A DNA stretch of 63,941 bases, the filler included, from Octopus bimaculoides (lineage: Eukaryota), in NCBI RefSeq assembly GCF_001194135.2. It is 6 parts of 6 records of this genome, joined end to end, with 100 filler letters (N's around TTAATTAATTAA, not from the genome) between each part and the next. Parts side by side here need not be neighbours in the genome. Positions count along the whole stretch, not along the records: positions 1 to 14,145 come from NC_068987.1; positions 14,246 to 19,084 come from NC_068981.1; positions 19,185 to 22,946 come from NC_069000.1; positions 23,047 to 47,772 come from NC_068983.1; 2 more parts are not named here. The stretch is one strand, 5' to 3'. The translations under genes were made by a program, and so were the position numbers. A model generated the notes under the pieces. That model worked only from the letters and a program-made list of their open reading frames with translations, ran no database searches and had not been told where the DNA came from. This document shows, piece after piece, positions 13,234 to 24,312 of this stretch. The first letter of the stretch is position 1. Every line of letters begins with the position of its first letter.

Positions 13234-13412
13234 GTATCATAGGAGTTATTTGTTAAAAATACAGTAAAAGATAATAAAACAAAGAAATAAATATTCTGTG
13301 AGTTAGGGTAACTTGAAACCCCAACCACATAACTACTAACAGTACGATTATCTAACCTCGTTTTAGTTTATTCAGCTCAAATTTGACAGCCTGGCTGCCT
13401 GACTCGACTTAC

Positions 13413-13473
13413 ACACAAAATCAAACAGAAAGCGCGATCTAATTTTCTCTCTATCATTACTTTTGATACGACA
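13413..13473 (-). other. Candidate 61-nt exon, product unknown
   Basis: Acceptor CTTTATTCTCTTCTTTCAG and donor GTAAGT; two frames open (CRIKSNDREKIRSRFLFDFV / VVSKVMIERKLDRAFCLILC); no recognisable homology. Confidence 0.3.
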
Positions 13474-14189
13474 CTGAAAGAAGAGAATAAAGGTTTTGTT
13501 AGGGAAAGAAAACATCTCATTTTCGTGGAGTTTGCCTTTCATCGCAGGCAATAGGTAGAAATAAAAACAAAACAAAACAGAAACATTGCCTAGTGTGGCT
13601 GCATGACCTAAAACGATCGTTAATGTAACTCTTGTTACACAATACTACTTACACAGTTTGTGTCACCACACCCCGGCTGACAGGGCTTGGAATGTTCCCA
13701 AGCTTAGCTGTCATTTGTGATACATTTAACAAGCCGGCCGTACATACACAAGTGTACTTAATAAAGAAATACGGCCGTACATACACACACATATACGTAC
13801 ATATATGTGAGTGTCTATCTATCTATCTATCTCTATGGACGGACGGTAGACGTGTCGGCTCCGTAAGTTTTGCCTTTTTCATGTTTTAAAAAGTTTGTTT
13901 GTAAAGTTTATTTTATATACAAAGTTGTATAACTACTTGTATACTCTCTGGTGCAAGTTTTTTGCGACGGAAATCAGCCCTGTGTGGCACATTTCCAGGA
14001 TATAAAAACCAATTTCGGCTTTCTAGCCATTTTTTTTTTTAGACGATGGCGTCTTGTAGCCATGAAAATTTTTGTGAAACGAACGCTGCATTCTGCAGTG
14101 TTTCGTTCGAAAAAGAATTTCCTAGTCTTCCTTCCTTACAGTTAANNNNNNNNNNNNNNNNNNNNNNNNNNNNNNNNNNNNNNNNNNNN

Positions 14190-14201
14190 TTAATTAATTA
14201 A
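14190..14201. other. Artificial assembly spacer TTAATTAATTAA inside 44N+44N (also 19129-19140, 22991-23002, 47817-47828, 60395-60406)
   Basis: Five identical 100-bp cassettes; the 12-mer is palindromic and puts TAA in all six frames. Confidence 0.95.
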
Positions 14202-14285
14202 NNNNNNNNNNNNNNNNNNNNNNNNNNNNNNNNNNNNNNNNNNNNTGTGTGTGTGTGTGTGTCTGTTTACATATATATATATATA

Positions 14286-15508
14286 AGGTAGATCATGGCA
14301 TGATATGCCATTATCTGCGAGACCTTGGCAGCATTTCTGGTAAACTGGGAGTGTGGCTGCATGCCTTCCTTCCAGCCACACTCAAAAGTCAGGCAGTTTG
14401 CAGCCAATGGTGCCATTTCAGAAGAAACTCAAATTCTAAGTGGCGTCCCCCAGGGAATTGTCCTAGGGTTAATATTATTTATATTAGCCCTCTCTCTTAG
14501 ATATACTCACGGTCACTCGGACGGACACTGTCTTCAGCTATGCCGATGGTACAAATTAATCACAGGCAATAAAAAATCCAGCTGACCTTGCATGCTTCGA
14601 ACGGGACCTCCATGCAATATATATGAGGACCGAAATAAACAACATGCAGTTTAATTTCAAGCACTTCACGAAGGCACCGCAGTTTGCATATACAGGACCC
14701 GGAAGCACTGCAATTCCAGAGTCACAGATAGTGTAAGACTTGATGATCAGTATGTGCAATGATGCATCACTGCATATGCACATTACCAAGATGACAGGAA
14801 AATGCAGACAACTGGCAGAATGGATACTAAGATCCTTCAAGATAAGAGAAACTATGTTGGCCCTGTGGAAAACCTTTGTTCTCAGCCACCTGGACAACTG
14901 CTCCCAGTTATGGTCACCACATAGTGTCAAACTAACCGCGGAGCTTGAAGCAGTCCAATGCCACCACACTAAGAAGGTCGAAACAGTGCAGCGGATGAGT
15001 TACAGAGAGAGGCTGGAAAGACGGCGACTTTACTGTCTGGAGCGAAAACGCAACGGATATGTAATAATCTACATATGGAAAACTCTAGAAGGGCTAGTAC
15101 CTAATTTCGGCATTGAATCTTATACAAATGCCAGAACTAGAGGCCATTGTATTGTACCAAAAGTACCATTCACGCCATCTAAATTCAGGACCAGGTTCTG
15201 TAATAGCCAAGGCTTCAAAGGCCCACAGTTTTTCAATGCTCTGCCACAACAATTAAGAAATCTACATAAGGTGGATGTAGATGTCTTCAAAAGCGAACGA
15301 GACATCTTCCTCTCCACAATACCGGATGAACCAACAGCCCGACATGAGGTGCAGACATGGGCAAAAAGACCGACAGCTGAGACAAACCCATATACACGAA
15401 TGGTGATGTGAACCCCTACAACCACCACCACCTCCAGGCCTGAGGAAATCAGCAAAACCACGGTGGTGCTTCAGCATGACCGCAGCTACATGGCTGAAAC
15501 GAATAACA

Positions 15509-15510
<2 letters not shown>
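14286..15510 (+). mobile_element. CR1/L2-group LINE, 5'-truncated, decayed RT C-terminus and 3' UTR
   Basis: SGVPQGIVLGLILFI, YAD(G)TKL, LWKTFVLSHLDNCSQLWSPH...ELEAVQ...MSYRERLE...IYIWKTLEGLVPNFGI; multiple frameshifts. Confidence 0.85.
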
Positions 15511-15550
<40 letters not shown>

Positions 15551-16031
15551 NNNNNNNNNNNNNNNNNNNNNNNNNNNNNNNNNNNNNNNNNNNNNNNNNN
15601 NNNNNNNNNNNNNNNNNNNNNNNNNNNNNNNNNNNNNNNNNNNNNNNNNNNNNNNNNNNNNNNNNNNNNNNNNNNNNNNNNNNNNNNNNNNNNNNNNNNN
15701 NNNNNNNNNNNNNNNNNNNNNNNNNNNNNNNNNNNNNNNNNNNNNNNNNNNNNNNNNNNNNNNNNNNNNNNNNNNNNNNNNNNNNNNNNNNNNNNNNNNN
15801 NNNNNNNNNNNNNNNNNNNNNNNNNNNNNNNNNNNNNNNNNNNNNNNNNNNNNNNNNNNNNNNNNNNNNNNNNNNNNNNNNNNNNNNNNNNNNNNNNNNN
15901 NNNNNNNNNNNNNNNNNNNNNNNNNNNNNNNNNNNNNNNNNNNNNNNNNNNNNNNNNNNNNNNNNNNNNNNNNNNNNNNNNNNNNNNNNNNNNNNNNNNN
16001 NNNNNNNNNNNNNNNNNNNNNNNNNNNNNNN

Positions 16032-16108
<77 letters not shown>

Positions 16109-16111
16109 ATA

Positions 16112-16300
16112 GGCGCAGGCGCGGTTGTGTGGTAAGAAGTTTGCTCCCCAACAACACGTTTCCGGGTTCAATCCCATTGCGTGGCATCTTGGGCAATTGT
16201 CTCCTACTATAGCCTCGGGCCGACCAAAGCCTTGTGAGTGGATTTGGTGGACGGAAACTGAAAGAAGCCCGTCGTATATATGTGTGTGTGTGTGAGTGTG
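16112..16300 (+). mobile_element. SINE-A head + (TG)n
   Basis: GGCGCAGGCGCGGTTGTGTGGTAAGAAG...GGGTTCAATCCC...CTTGGGCAATTGTCT...GAAACTGAAAGAAGCCCGTCG; further minus-strand heads at about 17780-17915 and 18390-18565. Confidence 0.85.
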
Positions 16301-16862
16301 TGTGGAGGTGTAAATATATATATAAACACACTCACACATATCTATATGCATATATACATAAAAATATACATAGTCGAGAAGTGTGCGCGTAAGTAATTAA
16401 TATGTACGCAATATGTGTGCCAAACCACGTGCCAAGCAAAAAGATGGCGTTAATGGTGCAGACATTTGCAAACATTTTGGGAACGTGCGCGCACATACAC
16501 ACACACACACAGATATATATATATATATAAATGTATCTGCCTCTGTCTATGTATAAATATATCTGTTTTTTAATTACTGTATACATCTACATTCATTAAC
16601 GTATGTTTTATCACGCCTACCGATTGTGTATATGCATATATATCCGTGTAAGTGTGCCTGAGACAGACACAGAGAGAGAGAGAGAGGAGAGAGAGGAGAG
16701 AGAGATAGAGAGAGAGAGATTGAGGAGAGAGAGTGAGAGAGAGAGAACGTGTATATAAAATATACAGTAATATGAAATACAGCGCATAATGTGTAAAATC
16801 TTACGACTTGACACACGTGTGCGTTCGTGTGTCTCCACGCCTGTATATGCGTGTGCGTGCGT

Positions 16863-16925
<63 letters not shown>

Positions 16926-17708
16926 GTCTGGTCAAAGGGAATGTCGTGCTATGACACGTGTACGAGAAACAATTTCAGAAAGATAGAACTGAGGTCCACC
17001 GTAAGAATTGGCGGATGCCATCTTTTAAAGAGAAGAACTGAATGCGTCAAGGAGGCCATTAGACCGCCTGTCACGTGGCCTAATTTTGTGACACACCTGC
17101 TCACACACATTGACACATAGACACATACACACAGTAATGTCTTCGCTCTCTAACTACAGAACAATCCTTCTATTCATCTCTTCATCTCTTAAATACTTAC
17201 ATAACACACACACTGACGCACACACACTCTCTCACGAAGCAAAGCAGGCCTGGCCGTCCACTCAAGAAAACCCATAGTAAATTATTCAGAAGAACTCAAG
17301 CAAACTGAGTCCTGAATTTGTTCCCTTTGCCAAAAGGTTTGCAAGGCACCAGCGGGCCCCAACAGACCCATTTGTCGTTCACGATGACAGAATCCATCCT
17401 CATGCACTCACACACACACACACATACACAAGCTACAAAACTGAGTCACAAGGCTGTTACTCAGAGTTTCCTGTTCCCGCTCGTCGGACAGTTGCGATGA
17501 AACTGAATTTAAGTTGTGATGGTGCATGAGTGATGTAATATAATTAAAATACACGAATAAGAATTCAAACTTGATTGGGCAGTTAATATTCAAAACATAA
17601 CGGTGTAATATTCGTTACAGGCTGGGTATTTGGGCGGGAGAGATCGAAACTTACCGGTAAAGTATAAAAATGAATATTATAAGATAAATAGATAGATAGA
17701 TAAATGGT

Positions 17709-17769
<61 letters not shown>

Positions 17770-18699
17770 GCGACCTTCTACAGAGTTTCTGTCTGTCAAG
17801 TTCACTCACAAGACATCGGTTGTCCTGCGATTATAGCAAATGACATTTGCACCAATCTGCTGAACTTGAACCTGAAACTATGTGGTCGGGAAGCGAGTTT
17901 CTTAACCACAGAGCAATGCCTGAGAGGGAAAGAAAGAGGGAGAGAGAGAGAGAGTGAGGGACATGCACATGACCTTAGGATANNNNNNNNNNNNNNNNNN
18001 NNNNNNNNNNNNNNNNNNNNNNNNNNNNNNNNNNNNNNNNNNNNNNNNNNNNNNNNNNNNNNNNNNNNNNNNNNNNNNNNNNNNNNNNNNNNNNNNNNNN
18101 NNNNNNNNNNNNNNNNNNNNNNNNNNNNNNNNNNNNNNNNNNNNNNNNNNNNNNNNNNNNNNNNNNNNNNNNNNNNNNNNNNNNNNNNNNNNNNNNNNNN
18201 NNNNNNNNNNNNNNNNNNNNNNNNNNNNNNNNNNNNNNNNNNNNNNNNNNNNNNNNNNNNNNNNNNNNNNNNNNNNNNNNNNNNNNNNNNNNNNNNNNNN
18301 NNNNNNNNNNNNNNNNNNNNNNNNNNNNNNNNNNNNNNNNNNNNNNNNNNNNNNNNNNNNNNNNTATATATATATATATATATTTATATACATATACGAC
18401 GGGCTTCTTTCAGTTTTCGTCTCCCAAATCCACTCACCATATCGACTTTGGTCAGCCCGAGGCTATAGTAGAAGACACTTGCCGAATGTGCCACGCAGTA
18501 GGACTGTGAACCCGGAACTATGTGGTTGGTGAGCAAGCTACTTACCACACAGCCACTCCTGCACCTAAAAAAAAATAGAAAAGAATAGTCACATATATGT
18601 ATATATATATACACACACATACACATATATATATAAATGTATATATGTGTGTGCATATATATGTGTGTGTATATATATACGTATATATATATACACACA

Positions 18700-19084
18700 T
18701 ATAGGAATTTCAACCATGTTTCGTGGTCTGCTACCACAACAGCTCCTTTATAGGATCCAGTTAGCTCAAGACATCATCAGGAGGAACCACGTCCGGTTTC
18801 GGCCCCTAGTCCTCTACCGTTTTGACGTGGCGGGGCCACCCCCTTTCGGAGGTGTCTTCAGCTCTGGTGTTGGGTGCATGTCTTCTTTCACTGTTTGTGA
18901 CTGTTCTAATTCAACTGTGGGATGTCCCTCGCTATGGTTATTTTCCAGGAGGTTCTGGCCACACGTCTTACGGTTCATCAACCCGCGTTGTTGAATTACT
19001 TTTTTCCGACATACCTTCCCTTGGTGAATTAGGATCCAGTTAGCTCAAGACATCATCAGGAGGAACCACGTCCGGTTTCGGCCC
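18700..19084 (-). mobile_element. Penelope-like element 3' end with partial tandem terminal repeat
   Basis: AGGATCCAGTTAGCTCAAGACATCATCAGGAGGAACCACGTCCGGTTTCGGCCC occurs twice (about 18752 and 19031); the minus strand reads ...TSWKITIARDIPQLN* (PxLN end typical of PLE ORFs) followed by CTGAAGA/CTGATGA and GAAAC motifs. Confidence 0.55.
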
Positions 19085-19938
19085 NNNNNNNNNNNNNNNN
19101 NNNNNNNNNNNNNNNNNNNNNNNNNNNNTTAATTAATTAANNNNNNNNNNNNNNNNNNNNNNNNNNNNNNNNNNNNNNNNNNNNGGGTAAATGTACTCAA
19201 ATGTAACTGAGCTATAAACACAACAATCATGTATTTGTTCTTGTCAAGATTTCTTCATTTTTTTTTTTATCTGTAGATTTACCATTTTCTAACAAAAAAT
19301 TGTCTGATTCATAGTTTAATGTTACCAATGCCGTCACATATCTGGTATATGATGCTGGTAATAGTCAAGTGAATAACAGGTGGATGCCACTACTTCAACA
19401 AAATCCCACTTCAGCATTGATGCTTGTCAGATGCACAAACCTGGCCTGCAATCAGTGAAGGTGCTGGTTGAATTTTAGAAGAAGCAATATAATCTTGCCT
19501 CAGACTAGAGGCAAGATTATAATGTGCGTGAAGTCACTGTAGTCTCTTAGTAGTGGTCTCAGTGGGCAACATTGAAGATCTTCAGTAAATGGGAAAAGTA
19601 GACCTTGGCTAGCCGACTCCAGTCCTGGGTGACAACAGAAAAATAAAAATTGTGTTTCTCGTTTAACATTTAAAACAATACAATCAGTCCTTTGTCACTG
19701 GTGGGAAATTGGCAAGTGAATACATGTATTGGCAAGAGACATGCTGCTCAAGAATACATACACCCACTTGCGTAACTCAATCAGTGATGGACTTAACAAC
19801 AGTCACAGGTAGTTTAACAAGTGGCAACCTTACTGAACTTTCTATTTTAGACTAAAGTTTTGTAGCAGTTTTAGCAAGACAGACGCTGCAGATAGCTGCT
19901 ATGTTATAGTCAATGCTTACCCTGGGTCTGCACCTTAC

Positions 19939-20177
19939 CTCTCCTGACATAGATGACCTTCATGCTGTAATATCAGATGCCGTGGAAGTTGCTGCTGACA
20001 GTACTGACAATCAGTTGGCAACTCAGATGCTGCTTTCTCTACAGCCAAATTACGAGAACAAGTTGCTTTTGTAATCTCACAGCGACAGTTTGGACATGTT
20101 GCAGTTTCATCTTTCAGCCTTCCGTCAGCAAGAAGATGGTTAAAACAACCGGCACACATTAAGTGGCCATTAATGCA
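19939..20177 (-). CDS. CYHR1: Internal coding exon of cysteine/histidine-rich protein 1 (CYHR1/ZFTRAF1; RING-like + TRAF-type zinc finger)
   Basis: Acceptor TTTGCATTTTCAG, donor AG|GTAAG; 239 nt = [79 protein letters not shown]+AG, closely resembling recalled human CYHR1 [54 protein letters not shown]. Confidence 0.93.
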
Positions 20178-20477
20178 CTGAAAATGCAAAACAGGGATAT
20201 AATTAGAAAATTTAAAACAAAAATAAATATAACGAAAACTTAAAAGCAAAAACAAATGCAAATAAATTATAGAAAAGTGTGGAAATTTTGTTACATTTAT
20301 TCAGTTTACCACTATCATCGAAACCAACACAAGTACCACCATTACCGACTCACAGACTATATAGTATGAACAAGATAAGCGACTCCATCCAAAATGAAAG
20401 ACAATCACATGAGTTACTGACCTGAAATATTTAATATTATCATATAACCTTATATATATATATAGAGAGAGAGAGAC

Positions 20478-20652
20478 ACGTAAAAGCACCCACTACACTC
20501 TCTGAGTGGTTGGCATTAGGAAGGGCATCCAGCTGTAGAAACACTGCCAAATCAGATTGGAGCCTGGTGTAGCCATCTGGTTTCACCAGTCCTCAGTCAA
20601 ATCGTCCAACCCATGCTAGCATGGAAAGCGGACGTTAAACGACGACGACGAC
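20478..20652 (+). mobile_element. SINE-D / RTE-type LINE 3' end
   Basis: AAAAGCACCCACTACACTCTC...CATGCTAGCATGGAAAGCGGACGTTAAACGACGACGAC; inverted copy at 22715-22946. Confidence 0.75.
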
Positions 20653-21014
20653 AACATTGCTTATAGAAGAAACATTAAATTTGAGTCAACAACTTTATAT
20701 ATAAATATAACACCATGCCTCAAACATTTAATCACATATAAATATCACCATGGTTCTTAAACTCATAAAAAAATACATATACATAAAAACACAGAAGGTA
20801 AAAAGAGACAAATATCATTTCTTGTTGTATATATATATATGAATAAATTTGATTCCTGGTAAACTCGTGTTTATCTTTGTCATTGCCTGTGTCCTATGAG
20901 CATAATATGCTTGCATATGTATGCTCAGGGTTAACATAGGTNNNNNNNNNNNNNNNNNNNNNNNNNNNNNNNNNNNNNNNNNNNNNNNNNNNNNNNNNNN
21001 NNNNNNNNNNNNNN

Positions 21015-21060
<46 letters not shown>

Positions 21061-21864
21061 CTCAGGAATATTGCTTACCCAGGAGGAGTGTACTTTGTAA
21101 TCAGCTTAGCCTCTCACCTCATTTTCTCTATGCAATAAATGTTCAGTGATCCATATCGTAAATAATTTAGGTATGCGGTGATATATAATATGATGTATGC
21201 AAAGAATTTTTCTTCAGGAGAAATTTACCTCTTATCATTTACCTTGTGTAAACTGAAGGGTTTAATCAAACAAATGGACCCCAATACATATTTTTTTTAT
21301 CCAAGTCTGGTACTTATCTTATTGATTTCTTTTTGCCAAACTAATAACTTATGGGGATATAAACAAACCAACACCAAATGTCAAGCAGGGATGAGAGAAA
21401 GGACAAAGAGCATGCACATACACATGTATACATACATGTGTGTGTGTGTGTGTGTGTGTGTACAATGGGCTTCTTTCAGTTTCTGTCTAAATATTTACTA
21501 CAAACAACAACTTTCACAAATAATTGATTTAGTTGAATTCCTGGAATGTTTCCAATTCTGCTGATAAACCTTTTTATTTTTAATTACAATATTTGAGAAC
21601 CTCTTGACTCTGTTAGAAAATGAACGTAGAAATATGAGTTCTGAAAACAGATGGTGTTCAAAACACTCTAGACAATTCTAAAAGATCTAAATTCTTTCAG
21701 TCAGAGAATTTGGTCAGAGGTTTAACTTTTACAGTGACTCACCTATATTAGTCTTGGAATAGGATTAGGGTTTCGGGTGATGAAATCACCTTTATATATT
21801 TTGACCATTATGTCATTTTGGTGACTATTGTAAATTCATGAAAACTTCATTTTGCAGGTGCAGG

Positions 21865-22290
21865 CATGGGTATGTGGTAAGAAGTTTGCTTCTGAACCAC
21901 ATGGTTTCAGGTTCAATATCACTGCATGGCACCTTGGGTAAGTGTCTTCTACTATAGCCCTGTGATGAACAAAGCCTTGTGAATGGAATTGGTAGACAGA
22001 AACTGAAAGAAGCCAGCAAGCTGGCAGAAACGTTAGCACGCCGGGTGAAATGCCTAGCGGTATTTTGTCTGCTGTTACATTCTGAGTTCAAATTCCACCG
22101 AGGTTGACTTTGCCTTTCATCCTTTCGGGGTCGATAAATTAAGTACCAGTTACGCACTGAGGTCGATGTAATTGACTTAGTCCCTTTGTCTGTCCTTGTT
22201 TGTCCCCTCTATGTTTAGCCCCTTGGGGGCAATAAAGAATTAAGAAACTGAAAGAAGCCAGTTGTATATGTGTGTGTGTATTATCAATCA
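21865..22290 (+). mobile_element. SINE-A head interrupted by a SINE-B insertion
   Basis: SINE-A head runs to ...GAAACTGAAAGAAGCCAG (22016) and resumes at 22243 after the insert. Confidence 0.85.
22017..22242 (+). mobile_element. SINE-B (tail type i) flanked by a 19-bp target-site duplication
   Basis: AGAAACTGAAAGAAGCCAG at 21998-22016 and 22243-22261. Confidence 0.9.
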
Positions 22291-22625
22291 TCATTATCAG
22301 TTTAATGTTCAATTTTATCTGCTCACATGGATTGGATGAAATATTTTTGAGGCAGATTTTTCTGTTGCAAGATCCCTTTTCTGTTACCAACTCTCACCTG
22401 TTTCCAGGCAAGGTAACGTTCTTCCATGATGAGACATTATGAGATATCAAAGTAAGGAAACAGTAACTATGTGCACATATGCACATTACAAAGACAGGCC
22501 TGTGTACAACTTCCATCTACCAAACTCATTCGCATAGCATTGGTCAGTTTGGGGCTAGTAGGCATTAGAGACTGATAGAATAAGTATTGGACTTTAAAAA
22601 AAAAAGTATTAGAGTCAATTCGTTT

Positions 22626-22655
<30 letters not shown>

Positions 22656-22659
<4 letters not shown>

Positions 22660-22946
22660 TCATCATCGTTTAATGTCCACTTTCCATGCTGGCATGGGTT
22701 GGACTATATATATATCATCATCATCATCATCGTTTAACGTCCGCTTTCCATGCTAGCATGGGTTGGACGATTTGACTGAAGATTGGCGAATCAGATGGCT
22801 ACACCAGGCTCCAATCTGGCAGAGTTTCTACAGCTGGATGCCCTTCCTAACGCCAACCACTCCGAGAGTGTAGTGGGTGCTTTTACATGCCACCGGCACG
22901 AAGGCCAGTCAGGCGGTACTGGCAACGGCCACGCTCAAAATGGTGT
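22656..22946 (-). mobile_element. SINE-D / RTE-type 3' ends, two adjacent copies (short 22656-22705, long 22715-22946)
   Basis: CATCATCATCGTTTAACGTCCGCTTTCCATGCTAGCATGGGTTGGAC is the reverse complement of the 20478-20652 tail. Confidence 0.75.
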
Positions 22947-23046
22947 NNNNNNNNNNNNNNNNNNNNNNNNNNNNNNNNNNNNNNNNNNNNTTAATTAATT
23001 AANNNNNNNNNNNNNNNNNNNNNNNNNNNNNNNNNNNNNNNNNNNN

Positions 23047-23092
23047 GAGCATGCCAAGGGGAAGACTGTCACCTCCATGGATGTAGTCTATG
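23047..23092 (+). pseudogene. H4: Histone H4 C-terminal fragment
   Basis: GAG CAT GCC AAG GGG AAG ACT GTC ACC TCC ATG GAT GTA GTC TAT = EHAKGKTVTSMDVVY vs canonical EHAKRKTVTAMDVVY; homology stops abruptly (DREKS... instead of ALKRQG); starts at a contig edge. Confidence 0.75.
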
Positions 23093-23341
23093 ACCGGGAA
23101 AAATCCTTGATTACCTTCCTCTTTCTAGAACACTATATTTTACACCACAGCGAAGACAAGATACGATATAGGTTAAGAAATTTCAGAAATTTGAAAAGAA
23201 AATACGAAACCGTTTATTTCATCAAAAAAGTTACTATACCCAAAATTTTATAACATTTTTCTAACATAACGATTTAAATATATACCTTAACCATATAACA
23301 CAAGCCTTCTGTAGTTTTTTCACTCTTTTTTTTAATCTTTT

Positions 23342-23387
<46 letters not shown>

Positions 23388-23773
23388 TTTCTCTTAGATA
23401 AAGTCATGACATGATATCTTTCAGGGGTGTATATACATTAAGTGTGGTACACAAATGGATAGATTAATTATTTCAAATATATCCAGACTTAGTGTATCAT
23501 ATTCATATGTACATTAGTTGTCTAGCTTTTAAATATTTTCTTTAAATGAACGACAAGGGAGGAGCTGCTACCTATATCCCATAATGTTTCTGCACTAGTT
23601 ACCCCAAGCCAATTAAAGGTAATCTTAATTTTCTATTTTATATGACAAAAAAGATGTGGCTTAATATTTAATTGAGAAAATATCTGAATTCTATAATATC
23701 ACTGAATTAAATCATAATGTACCTAAATACACAAAGGAGTTTTTGATATATACATATATATATATATATACAT

Positions 23774-23846
<73 letters not shown>

Positions 23847-24203
23847 GAGAGAGATAGAGAAGTTATATGGATGAATATAATCATCAACGAACAGTATTAA
23901 TAGCTTGTTATATCCTATTGGATGTATCATATAACATTTGTTTCCGATTAGAATGAAGTTAATTTACTGAAGAACGGTTTTGTTGTCAATTAAAAAATAA
24001 TGATTCAATGATTAATTACTGTAAGATATAATTTGGCACGTAACAATGGCGTTTTATTTATACTGAAATTCTTAAGTTTCACGGAAAATAAATGAAATAT
24101 ACTGTTTGGGAATGGTATGCATACATATACATAGATACGTGCACACACATAACCACCCACTAGCATGACGCACGCACACAGACATACATACACACACACA
24201 TAA

Positions 24204-24312
<109 letters not shown>

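Noticed and set aside
16112-16190. SINE heads as functional tRNA genes (also 4938, 6600-6690, 44645)
   Set aside because: A/B boxes are present but there is no complete cloverleaf, and they run into SINE bodies; multicopy and diverged
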